Positions 19,884 through 30,409 are shown, counted from the first letter of the stretch. The stretch: DNA of 64,000 nt from Alphaproteobacteria bacterium (GCA_965227515.1 CBDDFZ010000001.1:3168001-3232000); one strand, 5' to 3'. Notes: generated by a model not told the origin, from the sequence alone. A program made the numbers and translations.

Positions 19884-22800
19884 CTATGCCATCTCACGCA
19901 CGTCGACGACCCCGGGCAGTTCGCGCAGGGCCGAACGCACTTGCGCCCCGGTGGGATAGCGGCCGGGCAGCTCCAGCTCGACCTCGCGCTGGTCGACATC
20001 CAGCATCAGCACGATGCGGCCCCGGTTGGCGCCGCCCGGTCTGGCCGTCATGGCCTCGCCGGCATCGGCGATGACGGTGCGCACCGACGACAGGGTATCG
20101 CTGTCGCCGACATAGACCTGCATGCCGACGGCGACCTCGTCGGCGCGCTTGTCGAGCGGTTCCAGGCGCTGGGCGACCAGGCGCAGGTCATCGTCCTGCT
20201 GCTGGGCATCGACGCTGACGATGACCGGCTGGCCCACCGTCAACAGGTTGCGCGATACCGCCAGCATCTCGGAGAACAGGGTGACCTCGAACGAGCCGGT
20301 GCTGTCGGACATCATGACGTGGGCGAAGCGGTTGCCGGTGCGGCTGGACGTGCGTTCGTGCACGGCCAGCACGATGCCGGCCAGGTCCGGTCGCCCGGTG
20401 CCGCCGTCACGCAGCCATGCCGGCAGGTCGGCATAGGAGACCACGCCGAGCCGGCGCAAGGTGGCATCGAAGGCGTCCAGCGGGTGCGCCGACAGATAGA
20501 ACCCGATCACCTCGAACTCGCGCTTCAGCCGCTCCATCGTCGCCCAGTCCATGTCGCCGGCCAATCCCGGCGGCGGGCCCAACTGGTCGGCATCGCCGCC
20601 GCCGAACAGGCTACTCTGGCTGCTTGTGCGGGCCGCCTGTGCCGCCTGCGACCAGCGCACCAGCCGGTCGACCGACTGGTGCAGGACCGAGCGGTTGCGG
20701 TTCAGGCTGTCGAAGGCACCGGCGGCGATCAGGTTCTCCAACTGCCGCTTGTTGACGACCTTGGTGTCCAGGCGGGCGGCCAGATCGAACGGATCGGCGA
20801 ACGGGCCATTGGCCTCGCGCTCGGCAACCAGGTCCTCCATCGCCTGGCGGCCGACGCCCTTGATTGCGCACAGCGCATAGCGGATGGCGGGCTTGCCCCC
20901 GGCATCGTTCTCCACCGCGAACGACGTGTGGGAGGCATTGACGTCGGGCGGCAGGATCGCGATGTCCTGGCGCAAGAGCTCGTTGCGATAGCCGGCCAGC
21001 TTCTCGGTGTTGCCCATGTCGTGGGTCATCGACGCGGCAAAGAACTCGACCGGATAGTTCGCCTTCAGATAGGCGGTCTGGTAGGCGACCAGGGCATAGG
21101 CCGCCGCGTGGCTCTTGTTGAAGCCGTAGCCGGCGAACTTGTTCACCTGGTCGAAGATGCGCCGCGCGGTGTCCGGCCCCACCTCATTGCGCTTGGCGCC
21201 CTCGACGAAGCTCTCCTTCTGGGCATCCATCTCCGCCTGGATCTTCTTGCCCATGGCGCGGCGCAGCAGGTCGGCGTCGCCCAGCGTGTAGCCGGCCAGC
21301 ACCTGGGCGATCTGCATCACCTGTTCCTGGTAGATCATGATGCCGTGGGTCTCGGCCAGAATAGGCTCCAGGCTGCCATGCATGAAGTCGGGCGCCTCGC
21401 GCCCGTGCTTGCGGTTGATGTAGCTCGGGATGTTTTCCATCGGGCCCGGGCGGTAGAGCGCCACGACGGCGATGATGTCCTCGAACCGGTCCGGTTTCAG
21501 GCGGCGCAGCACGTCGCGCACGCCGCCGCTTTCCATCTGGAACACGCCGGTTACATCCGCCTTGGTCAGCATCTCGAACGTGTGCCTGTCGTCGAGCGGG
21601 ATGTGGTCGATGTCGATGGTGGTGCCGCGCGCCGCCAGGATGTCGCACGCTTCGCGAATGACAGTCAGCGTCTTCAGGCCCAGGAAGTCGAACTTCACCA
21701 GCCCGGCCTTCTCGACCAGCTTCATGTTGAACTGGGTCGCCGGCATGTCGGAGCCGGGGTCCTTGTAGAGCGGCACCAGCTCGGTCAGCGGCCGGTCGCC
21801 GATCACCACGCCGGCGGCGTGGGTCGAAGCGTTTCGGAACAGGCCCTCCAGTTGCAGCGCGGTCTCCAGCAGGCGCTTCACCGCCTCTTCCTTGTCGCGC
21901 ATCTCCTGCAGCCTGGGCTCGCCCTCGATCGCCTGCTTCAGCGTCACCGGCTTGGCCGGGTTGTAGGGGATCATCTTGGCGATGCGGTCGACCTGGCCGT
22001 ACGGCATCTCCAGCACGCGGCCGGCATCGCGCACTACGGCGCGCGCCTCCAGCTTGCCGAAGGTGATGATCTGGGCGACCCGGTCGTGGCCGTACTTGTC
22101 CTGGACGTAGTGGATGACCTCGTCGCGCCGGTCCTTGCAGAAGTCGATGTCGAAGTCGGGCATCGACACGCGCTCGGGGTTCAGGAAGCGCTCGAACAGC
22201 AGGCCCCAGCGCAGCGGGTCGAGGTCGGTGATGCCCAGCGACCACGCGGCGACGGAGCCGGCGCCGGAACCGCGTCCGGGGCCGACCGGAATGCCCTGCC
22301 CCTTCGCCCACTGGATGAAGTCGGCGACGATCAGGAAGTAGCCTGGGAAGCCCATCTGCACGATGACGTCGAGCTCGTGGACCAGGCGGTCGCGGTACGG
22401 CTTGGTCCAGTCGCCCTCAGCAGGCTTGTTCTCCGTCCGCGCGATGTCGGCGAGCCGTCGGTCGAGCCCCTGCTCGGCCATGGCGCGCAGCGCGTCCGCC
22501 TCGTCCAGGCCCTCGGCCGACTGGAAGCGCGGCAGGATCGGGTCATGCTCGGTCGGGTAATAGGCGCAGCGCCTGGCGATGACGAGCGTGTTGGCAATCG
22601 CCTCCGGCAGGTCGGCGAAGGCATAGGCCATCTCCTCGGCCTTGCGGAAACGGTGCTGACGGGTCAGGCGCCGGCGCCTGGTGTCGGAAACGTGGGTACG
22701 GTCGGCGATGCACAACAGCGCGTCGTGCGCCTCGTACATCTCCTGCTCGGCGAAATAGACCTCGTTGGTGGCGACCAGCGGCAGGTCCATGTCATAGGCC

Positions 22801-23408
22801 AGCTCGACCAGCCCGTCCTCGATCATCGCCTCCAGGTCGGTGCCGTGTCGGGTGATCTCCATGTAGAGCCGGCCCGGAAACAACGTCGACAGCGAGGTCG
22901 CGAGCTGCCGAGCGCGGTCCTTCTGCCCCTCCGCCAGCGCACGGCCGATGCCGCCGCCAGTGCCGCCGGTGAGCGCGATCAGCCCGTTGGTCCGCCCCTC
23001 CAGCACGCCGTAGCCGTCCAATGACGGGGCTCCGGCGGCGGGGGTCACGTAGCCTTCGCTCACCAGGGACAGCAGGTTCAGGTAGCCCGCCTCGTCCTGC
23101 GCCAGCAACGGCAGCGCCTCGATGCAATGGCCGCCATTGCCGTTGCTGGAATGGCCCTCGCCGGCATGCGAGACCGCGATCGGCAAGGTGCACCCGATGA
23201 TCGGCTGGACCCCGGCCTTCACGGCGGCCAGCGCAAATTCCAGCGCGCCGAATAGATTGCCGTTGTCGGTCACGGCGACGGCCGGCATCGCATCCGCCGC
23301 GCACAGCTTCGGCAGATCGGCGACCTTGATCGCGCCCTCCGTCAGCGAATAGGCAGAGCGGACGCGAAGGTGTACAAACGGGGCGTGGGCCATGCCCAAG
23401 TGTGCCAT
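19884..23408 (-). CDS. dnaE: DNA polymerase III alpha subunit (start may be 23393)
   Basis: PHP domain, GPGRGSGAGS, ERVSMPDFDIDF, KFDFLGL, YGFNKSH. Confidence 0.98.
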   Translation of the reverse strand: MAHLGMAHAPFVHLRVRSAYSLTEGAIKVADLPKLCAADAMPAVAVTDNGNLFGALEFALAAVKAGVQPIIGCTLPIAVSHAGEGHSSNGNGGHCIEALPLLAQDEAGYLNLLSLVSEGYVTPAAGAPSLDGYGVLEGRTNGLIALTGGTGGGIGRALAEGQKDRARQLATSLSTLFPGRLYMEITRHGTDLEAMIEDGLVELAYDMDLPLVATNEVYFAEQEMYEAHDALLCIADRTHVSDTRRRRLTRQHRFRKAEEMAYAFADLPEAIANTLVIARRCAYYPTEHDPILPRFQSAEGLDEADALRAMAEQGLDRRLADIARTENKPAEGDWTKPYRDRLVHELDVIVQMGFPGYFLIVADFIQWAKGQGIPVGPGRGSGAGSVAAWSLGITDLDPLRWGLLFERFLNPERVSMPDFDIDFCKDRRDEVIHYVQDKYGHDRVAQIITFGKLEARAVVRDAGRVLEMPYGQVDRIAKMIPYNPAKPVTLKQAIEGEPRLQEMRDKEEAVKRLLETALQLEGLFRNASTHAAGVVIGDRPLTELVPLYKDPGSDMPATQFNMKLVEKAGLVKFDFLGLKTLTVIREACDILAARGTTIDIDHIPLDDRHTFEMLTKADVTGVFQMESGGVRDVLRRLKPDRFEDIIAVVALYRPGPMENIPSYINRKHGREAPDFMHGSLEPILAETHGIMIYQEQVMQIAQVLAGYTLGDADLLRRAMGKKIQAEMDAQKESFVEGAKRNEVGPDTARRIFDQVNKFAGYGFNKSHAAAYALVAYQTAYLKANYPVEFFAASMTHDMGNTEKLAGYRNELLRQDIAILPPDVNASHTSFAVENDAGGKPAIRYALCAIKGVGRQAMEDLVAEREANGPFADPFDLAARLDTKVVNKRQLENLIAAGAFDSLNRNRSVLHQSVDRLVRWSQAAQAARTSSQSSLFGGGDADQLGPPPGLAGDMDWATMERLKREFEVIGFYLSAHPLDAFDATLRRLGVVSYADLPAWLRDGGTGRPDLAGIVLAVHERTSSRTGNRFAHVMMSDSTGSFEVTLFSEMLAVSRNLLTVGQPVIVSVDAQQQDDDLRLVAQRLEPLDKRADEVAVGMQVYVGDSDTLSSVRTVIADAGEAMTARPGGANRGRIVLMLDVDQREVELELPGRYPTGAQVRSALRELPGVVDVREMA

Positions 23409-23520
23409 GCCGGCGCCGCGAAGTCAGCCCGTCTGCGTGCGCCGAGCCACAACATCTTGTGGATAACTGGGCCAGCCGCGCACATCATGGGCCATTGACA
23501 CGATGACTGGGGAGACTGCC

Positions 23521-24138
23521 ATGCGATCGTTCGAGACCGAGGCCGCACTGCGCGAGGTGATGGGCGAGGCCATGGGGGTGGCGGTCGAGAAGGTGCTGGA
23601 TCATGTCGACCAGCACATCCGCCACTTCATTTCGCTGTCCCCGTTCCTGACCATCGGTACCTCGCGCGCCGACGGCCAGGCCGATGTCAGCCCGCGCGGC
23701 GACCCGCCCGGCTTCGTGATGGTGGTCGACGAGCGCACCTTGCTGATCCCGGAGCGGCCCGGCAACCGCCGCCTGGACACGCTGACCAACATTATCGCCA
23801 ACCCGCAGGTGGGCTTGCTGTTCTTCGTGCCCGGCATCAACGAGACCGTGCGTATCAACGGCACGGCCGAGGTGGTGGACGATCCGGAGCGGCTGGCGGC
23901 GCTGGCCGTGCGGGGCAAGGTGCCGCAGGTCGGCCTGCTGGTCCACGTGCAAGAGGCCTTCATGCACTGCGCCAAGGCGCTGGTGCGCTCCAAGCTGTGG
24001 ACGGACGAGCACAAGGTCGAGCGGTCGTCCTATCCGAGCCTGGGACAGATCATCGTCGACCAGGCCAAGGAGCCGTCGCTGTCGGTCAGCGAGGCCGACG
24101 AGCTGGTCGAAGAAAACTACCGAACCGAACTCTATTGA
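23521..24138 (+). CDS. Pyridoxamine 5'-phosphate oxidase-like FMN-binding protein
   Basis: DVSPRGDPPGF, PERPGNRR, TVRING, HCAKALVRS. Confidence 0.88.
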   Translation: MRSFETEAALREVMGEAMGVAVEKVLDHVDQHIRHFISLSPFLTIGTSRADGQADVSPRGDPPGFVMVVDERTLLIPERPGNRRLDTLTNIIANPQVGLLFFVPGINETVRINGTAEVVDDPERLAALAVRGKVPQVGLLVHVQEAFMHCAKALVRSKLWTDEHKVERSSYPSLGQIIVDQAKEPSLSVSEADELVEENYRTELY

Positions 24139-24139
24139 G

Positions 24140-25012
24140 ATGGCGCCCGAAATGACGACCGAAATGACCACCGAGATGACGACGCAATCGTACGAGGACC
24201 AGGGTTTCCAGGCGCCGATCCGCGTGATGTCAGCGGAGGCCGCGGCGGCGCTTCACGCGCGGATGGAAGCGTTCCGCCGCGAGCACCCGGACGACTTCGC
24301 CTTCGCGTTCAACGCCAACTGCCAATACCTGTTTCCGTGGCTGTTCGACCTGACCCTGAACGACACGGTGCTGGATGCCGTGGAGCAGGTCATCGGCCCC
24401 AACATCCTAGTCTGGTCGGCCATGTTCTTCGCCAAGGACCCCGGCGACGGCAAGTTCGTCAGCTGGCATCAGGATTCCACCTACTGGGGCCTGGAGCCGC
24501 CGGACATCGTGACCGCCTGGATCGCGCTGACGCCGAGCACGCCCGAGAGCGGGTGCATGCGCGTGGTGCCCGGCAGCCACCAGTGGGGCCAGCTTGGCCA
24601 CGCCGACACCTTCGGTGACGACAACCTTTTGAGCCGCGGTCAGGAGATCGCCGTCGACGTATCGGAGGACCAGGCACACGACGTGGTCCTGCAGCCAGGC
24701 GAGATGAGCCTGCATCACGTGCGCATCGTGCACGGGTCGAACCCGAACACGTCCACCCTGCCCCGGGTCGGCTTTGCCATTCGCTACATCCCGACCTACT
24801 GCCACCAGGCCAACGGCCGCACCTTCGCCGTGCTGGCGCGCGGCAAGGACGAGTTCGGGAATTTCGAACCGGGCCGCAGGCCGGACGCCGACTACGACGA
24901 CGCCAGCCGGGCGTTCCATCGCAAGGTGCTGGCCAGCGTCAACGCGATCCTGATGGCGGATGCGGCGTCGGACAGCCATTCGCCTGGTCACCGGGTGATG
25001 GCGGAGTCGTAA
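24140..25012 (+). CDS. PhyH-family Fe(II)/2-oxoglutarate dioxygenase
   Basis: WHQDSTYW (HxD), TAWIAL, GCMRVVPGSH, HGS..N...R. Confidence 0.9.
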   Translation: MAPEMTTEMTTEMTTQSYEDQGFQAPIRVMSAEAAAALHARMEAFRREHPDDFAFAFNANCQYLFPWLFDLTLNDTVLDAVEQVIGPNILVWSAMFFAKDPGDGKFVSWHQDSTYWGLEPPDIVTAWIALTPSTPESGCMRVVPGSHQWGQLGHADTFGDDNLLSRGQEIAVDVSEDQAHDVVLQPGEMSLHHVRIVHGSNPNTSTLPRVGFAIRYIPTYCHQANGRTFAVLARGKDEFGNFEPGRRPDADYDDASRAFHRKVLASVNAILMADAASDSHSPGHRVMAES

Positions 25013-25039
25013 CCCCGACATCTCGGCCGTAGGGCGAAC

Positions 25040-25462
25040 CTAGAGATAGACGGTGTTGGGCCCACCCTGGGGGGCGTTCTTCAGAAGCGGCGCCAGGCAG
25101 TCGCGCAGATCGTCCAGCTTAGCCGGGGTTTGCAGGATCGAGGTCTGTCGCGCGATGGCGGACTGGGCCGCCTCGGGCGTGCTGGATAGGATGACCAGCT
25201 TGGGTTGCCGGTCGAGGTGGCTGTCCACCCAGGTCACGACGGCCTGGGCATCCACATCGGGGTAGTGCTCGTGGACAAACACCAAGGCGTATGTGTGCTC
25301 GCCGAGCATCTGGATCGCATTGGCCGTGCTGTCGGCGTCGTCGTGGTCGAAAGTGGCGGGCAGGAATGAAAGCGACCGGACCAGGTCAGCGGTTGCCCAT
25401 GGCAAACAGCCGACAACCAGGGTCCTGATTGTCGGCAACGTCGCCCATGAATTCTCCCCCAT
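25040..25462 (-). CDS. Degenerate stand-alone receiver-like protein
   Basis: REC-like pattern (TLVV, LVFVH..YP.VDA, LVILS, LQTP) without the acidic pair, phospho-Asp or Lys. Confidence 0.55.
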   Translation of the reverse strand: MGENSWATLPTIRTLVVGCLPWATADLVRSLSFLPATFDHDDADSTANAIQMLGEHTYALVFVHEHYPDVDAQAVVTWVDSHLDRQPKLVILSSTPEAAQSAIARQTSILQTPAKLDDLRDCLAPLLKNAPQGGPNTVYL

Positions 25463-25974
25463 CTCTTCGGCTCTCCTAGCGAGGGTCTGCACGAAAACTG
25501 TTCGAGGCGGACGCAGCCTGCTCCAGCTTTGCCATGACCATGCCTGGCGGCGCGCGGAACATACAGTTTGTTACCGTTAGACACGGTTACATTTTGCCGA
25601 GCCCAGGTGCGGAGGCTAGAGCGTGTTCAATGTCATCGCGGTCATTCTGCCGGCGAGCCATTGGCCGGAGGTTAGGAGCGAGGACGAAGGACATGCAAAA
25701 GCATATTCGAGGACGAGCGACGCGGCCTCCGGCAAATGGCGCCCGGCCCGTAAGGGTTTCCACCCGGCGGGCATCCGCTACGTCGCGCCCCTTGCCCGAT
25801 GCTTCGGCATCGCGCTGCGAACCGCTCCTGGCGGGCTGTCGCGCCGGACTGGAAACAGAATTGATCACGATTACACTGAATACGCTCTAGGCAAGTTCAA
25901 TTCCGCGGAAGTCTTGCGTCCCCTGGGGAATGAGTGCAGACGTAACAGCGCACCGTCGCATCAACGCGAAAAAC

Positions 25975-27765
25975 ATGGCCGTGAACCCAAGCGAAATAGA
26001 GCAAAAACTCAACGCCATCTTGGCGTCGCCCGAGTTTGCGTCTTCGCCGAAGATGCAGGCGTTGCTCCGATATATTGTTGAAGCAAGCGTGAATGGCGAC
26101 GGAGATAAACTCAAGGGTTACACGATTGGCCTGGACGTCTTTGACAGGGGCGAAGACTTCGATCCGCGCACCGACTCCATCGTGCGTGTGCAGATGGCGC
26201 GCCTGAGGGAGCTGCTGCAAAAGTAGTACCGCGGCACGGGCGCCGATGACGCCATTCGAATCGACCTGCCCAAGGGAAGCTACGAAGCGGTGTTCGTGTC
26301 GGCGGAACAGGACAGCGACCACGCTGCCGATGCTGCCGCCGCGTCGACGGAGGACATCGCCCACGTCGAAACGGTCGTGTTCGCGGAACACAGGCGCACG
26401 CGGCGGCGCGCCGTGGCGGCAATTGCCGGTGCCGGCGCCCTGGTGGTCGGTGCCTTGATCCTGATCTACGTCGTGTTTCTGCAGGATCGTCAGGGCCCGC
26501 AGGATCCCGACAGCACCGGCCCAGCACAGCTCGTCGAGGGCCAGGACGGCGTCGCGCTTGCCGTACTGCCGTTCGCCAATCTGACCGCCGATCCGGAACA
26601 ACAGCCCTTCGCCGACGGCCTGACCGATGCGCTAACCACCTCGCTGTCCCGGTTGCCGGGGCTGTCGCTTGCGTCGCGGACCGCGGCGTTCCAGTTTCGC
26701 GACGCGGCCGACATCCGCGAAGTCGGCCAGGAGCTCGGCGTGCGCTATCTGGTCGAGGGCGGGCTGCAGTGGGACAACGACAGGGTCAGGGTTACGGCCC
26801 AGCTGATCGACGTCCAGACCGGCACCCACATCTGGGCCAATGCCTATGAGCTGGTGGCCGACGACTACTTCGCGGCGCAGGACCAGATCGTATCCGCTAT
26901 CTCGACCGACCTGGAGCCTCAGGTCTTCAACGCCGCGCGGGCGGTGCTCGCCGACACCCCGGTCGACGAACTGACGCCGTGGCAGCTCTATCTGCTCGCG
27001 ACGTGGGTGATCGGGGAACCGAACAGCAGCCTCGAGGACGAGTGGATGCGGGTCGACATGGCGCAGCGGGCGGTGGCGCTGGACCCCGATTTCGCACTCG
27101 CGCACGCCGCGCTGGCGGACAAGCTGGCATACCTGTCGAACTTCGACAGGCAGACCGAGTTCCAGGCCGCGCGCGACGAGGCGGCGATGCACGCCAACGC
27201 GGCATTGGACCTGGCGCCCGAAAACCCCAGCGTGCTGTTCAACGTGTCGGTCTACCACTGGCATCTGGGCGACACGGACAAATCGGTGAAGCTGCTGAGC
27301 CGGGTGCTGCAGATTCAGCCGGCCCATCCGCTGGCGCAGTTCCTGGTCGAGGTGCAGCCATACACCTGCGTGGCGGCTCCCCGCGAGGCGGTCGATGCCC
27401 TGGCGGCATTTGACGCGTCGTTGACGCAGGACAATCCGTTGCACTGGTTGACCCAGCAGTGGATCGCACTGCTGGCGCTCAATCGCGGCGAGGCTGCCCG
27501 GGCTAGCGAGGCGGCCGAGCTCTCGGCGCAGATCTACCGGTCCCCCTACACCGTGTTCGTGTTGGCGAGCGCCCGTATGCAACTGGGGGACATGGCCGGC
27601 GCGACCGAAGCGATGGACAGCCTGCATCGGACATGGCCGACGCTGGATGCAGGGCGCTATGCCAATGAGGTGGCGCCATCGCGATGCGGCGATGCGGACA
27701 GCTCGGTGTACACCCGGGCTATCCAGGACCTGGATGCGGCGCTGGGTGAGGACGCCGGCGGCTGA
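25975..27765 (+). pseudogene. Transmembrane regulator (N-terminal cytoplasmic domain, TM, TolB_N-like/TPR) interrupted by in-frame TAG at 26224
   Basis: ORFs 25930-26226 and 26290-27765 share a frame. Motif IVRVQMARLRELLQK*YRGTGADDAIRIDLPKGSY continues across the stop. LAVLPFANL...LGVRYLVEG...VRVTAQLID follows. Confidence 0.8.
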
Positions 27766-27984
27766 ACGGCGGTGGCCAAAGGGCGACGGCCCATTCGCCT
27801 TACTGCCATCACATTCCTTGGATACACCGGCTGCGGGAATGCGGTTGATGCCCTTGCATCGAGCCGCGCGCACGTTCGACGTCGGCCATTCAGGCCCCGT
27901 GGAATTGACGGGACTTGGCCCTTGTGGTGCTGTCACGCACGGGGTGGGCCATTGTTGGCGGTCGCGACATTGCAGGGAGTCTGA

Positions 27985-28713
27985 ATGATGGTCTCTATGG
28001 TTTCGGTGAGACGGCGCCTGACGGCAGGTGTGGCGGCGATGGCCATGGTCGCGGGTGCGGCCGGCGCGGCGTGGGCGGCGGACGGTGCGCGGTCGCAGAG
28101 CGCGGCGGCGGTGTCGGTGCAGACGCTCGCCATGGCGCAACGCGTCGCTGCCTATGGCATCGAGACCGGCGACCCGATCCTGCTGATCGCGGCGGCGCGC
28201 ATGGCGCGCCCGTTCGAGGTCCGGACATCCGACATCGTGCCGCTGGGCGACACGGCTGAAGCCCAGGGCAAGCCCCTGCCCGCCTCGAGCGACGAAATGC
28301 TGGAGGTCGCGCGCGAACTGGCCGGCGACCGCGCCGACCTGATCGGCCTGATCGAGGACATCGAGGCCGAAAGCTCGCGCGGCAGCGTCTATGCCGCCAT
28401 GCTGGAAGGCCTCGCCGTCGACGGTGCCGCCCTCGGCGCCGGCAGCTACCAGGGCTATATCCAGCCCGGTGCCAAGGCCGAGTTCGCCGATGCCTTCGTC
28501 GGCGGCGAGCCTGCCGTCATCGCGTTGACCGGCGAGGCAACGGCCGACATTTGGTTCCGTGTCGTCGACGACGAAGGCAACGAGCTGTGCATCAGCGACT
28601 TCGCAGCCGACCAGGGCTGCGAGTGGCTGCCGGCCAAGACCATGGAAGTCACCATCATCATCGAGAACGGCAGCAACGCCGACGGCAGCAATTTCACCCT
28701 GTGGACGAACTGA
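27985..28713 (+). CDS. Secreted protein with C-terminal PPC-like beta-sandwich
   Basis: Signal peptide (..AAWA); DIWFRVVDDEGNELC..C.W.P..IEN..WTN. Confidence 0.75.
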   Translation: MMVSMVSVRRRLTAGVAAMAMVAGAAGAAWAADGARSQSAAAVSVQTLAMAQRVAAYGIETGDPILLIAAARMARPFEVRTSDIVPLGDTAEAQGKPLPASSDEMLEVARELAGDRADLIGLIEDIEAESSRGSVYAAMLEGLAVDGAALGAGSYQGYIQPGAKAEFADAFVGGEPAVIALTGEATADIWFRVVDDEGNELCISDFAADQGCEWLPAKTMEVTIIIENGSNADGSNFTLWTN

Positions 28714-28835
28714 CGCCCTGTATCGATTGAGGCGGGCGCGGGGCAAAATCTCGACCGGCGATTGAACCTGCCGTCCGGCGGGCGCGACGTACCTCCCAAC
28801 AAGCGGAATTGGCCGCCTTATTGGGAGTTTGGATC

Positions 28836-29210
28836 ATGCGCATCGCCACCCCGGCCCGTGTCACCGCAATTGCTGTCGCCGCAATCGCCACTGTCGCCAG
28901 CGCCGCGACGGCCAGCGCCCAGGACAGCACGCCCTACGATACCTCCCCGCCGGACCGCGTGGCCCCCGTCGGCCCCTCCGGCCCCGACCTGACGCCGCAG
29001 AACATCAGGCCCGTCGTCGGCGATACGGAAATCGTCGTCCCGATCATCATTCTCGGCCCCGCGCCGGGCGATACCGACTTCGAACTCGATGCCATGCTCG
29101 GCGTCGGCCCTCAAGCGCCGGCGGAAGGCGACCATGCGATCCTGGTGGCCGACGACGGCACCTGCTGGGATCTGGACACCTTCTTCCCCGAGCAGGTGCC
29201 CTGCCCGTAA
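28836..29210 (+). CDS. Small secreted Pro-rich hypothetical protein
   Basis: Signal peptide (ASA-QD), GC3-rich codons, C-terminal Cys pair. Confidence 0.7.
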   Translation: MRIATPARVTAIAVAAIATVASAATASAQDSTPYDTSPPDRVAPVGPSGPDLTPQNIRPVVGDTEIVVPIIILGPAPGDTDFELDAMLGVGPQAPAEGDHAILVADDGTCWDLDTFFPEQVPCP

Positions 29211-29220
29211 GCTTGATCGC

Positions 29221-29367
29221 TAAGTCGGCACCGGCCCTCTCCCATATCCATGCGGTCGCGCATCCGCGCTCTCTTTTGGCACCCGGCCACCCACGAGAGT
29301 ATCCAGCGGGGTGGCCGGGTGGGGGCGAGGGCTGGCGCAGACTACAGCGTAAGCTGATCCTGATCTA
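29221..29367. repeat. Palindromic intergenic element (MITE/REP-like), copy 1
   Basis: Shares TAAGTCGGCACCGGCCCTCTCCC...CACCCGGCC...GGCCGGG...GAGGGCTGGCGCAGACT...AAGCTGATCCTGATCTA with 44084-44196. Confidence 0.85.
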
Positions 29368-30261
29368 AGTCTTCCGACCTGATGTCGTGATCAGCACCAT
29401 GCCGGCGACGATCAGCGCCGCGCCGGCCGCGGCCAGCACATCTGGCACCGTGCCGAATAACGCGAAGTCGTAGAGCGCCGCGAACACCAGCGTGACGTAG
29501 AGGAACGGTGCTACGTAGCTCGCGGTGGCACGGCGCATGGACTGAATGAACAACCACTGCGCCGTGACCATGGCGCCGCCCAGTGCGGCCAACAGCAGCC
29601 ATTGCTCTGTCGTCGGCGCGGTCCACACAAACATCGCCGCCGTACATGAGAGGCACGCGCCGATCGTGTTGTTGATCAGCAGGATGCGCAGCGGCGGCTC
29701 GCGGTCGCTCAGCCGCTTGATCAGCACCATCTCCAGGCCCATGAATGCAGCCGCCGCCAGAGCCAGCAGCGCGGCAGGGCGAAATGCCTCGGTCCCCGGC
29801 CGAATCAACACGATGGTGCCGGCGACCGCGATGCCGGCGGCCAGCCACCGGATGGCCGGCACCCGCTCGCGCAGGAACGCCATCGCCAGCGCCATGGTCA
29901 CCAGCGGACTGAGGAAACTGATTGCAGTCGCGTCCGACAGGGGGATGCGGGCGGCGGCCGCGAACATGCAGGTCACCCCCAGCCATCCGCAGGCCGACCG
30001 CCCGGCGTGCACTGTCCATGCTGCACCGGCCAGCGAGGGCCTGCGCCACGCCGCCACGGCGACGAGCACCGCCAGCGCGAACGCGAACCGGCCGGCACTG
30101 ATCTGCAACGGGTGAAGCGGCGGCCCGGCCGTATCCAACCCCAGGGCCTTGGCGATCAGCGTTGTTGCGGCGATCAGGGCGGTGGCCGCCAGCATCGCCA
30201 CGACGGCAACGTTCTGTATTGATCGACGACTTGCGCCAGCTTGGATTTGACCAGTTACCAC
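29365..30261 (-). CDS. DMT/EamA family transporter
   Basis: About 10 TM helices; ATAISFLSPL...FLRE, LIRPG, APFLYVTLVFA. Confidence 0.9.
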   Translation of the reverse strand: MVTGQIQAGASRRSIQNVAVVAMLAATALIAATTLIAKALGLDTAGPPLHPLQISAGRFAFALAVLVAVAAWRRPSLAGAAWTVHAGRSACGWLGVTCMFAAAARIPLSDATAISFLSPLVTMALAMAFLRERVPAIRWLAAGIAVAGTIVLIRPGTEAFRPAALLALAAAAFMGLEMVLIKRLSDREPPLRILLINNTIGACLSCTAAMFVWTAPTTEQWLLLAALGGAMVTAQWLFIQSMRRATASYVAPFLYVTLVFAALYDFALFGTVPDVLAAAGAALIVAGMVLITTSGRKT

Positions 30262-30409
30262 TATGCTACACCGATTCCACGCATCATTGTTGTATTATCA
30301 TCGATTTCGGAGCTAGGTTGTGAGTTGCCATGTGACCGAAATAGCAATTCGATGCTACGTCTAGGACGCTGTGGCCGTTTGGTGCCGGCATTATATTGGG
30401 AGGTCGTCT

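Noticed and set aside
19857-23024. Very long antisense or alternate-frame ORFs (e.g. 1055 aa opposite dnaE, 691 aa opposite bamA, 901 aa opposite glpK/kef)
   Set aside because: Shadow ORFs caused by high GC3 codon bias; they fully overlap well-supported genes and lack motifs.
24140-25012. Fe/2OG halogenase
   Set aside because: It keeps the HxD carboxylate (HQD) of hydroxylases rather than HxA/G.
25500-25970. ORFs 25534-25890, 25587-25868 and 25623-26081
   Set aside because: No recognisable motifs and atypical codon usage; more likely a divergent promoter region.
26224-26226. Pyrrolysine or genome-wide TAG recoding
   Set aside because: TAG ends several ordinary genes here (e.g. lpxB, DMT, binding protein), the aligned residue is Tyr one substitution away, and no pyl genes are seen.
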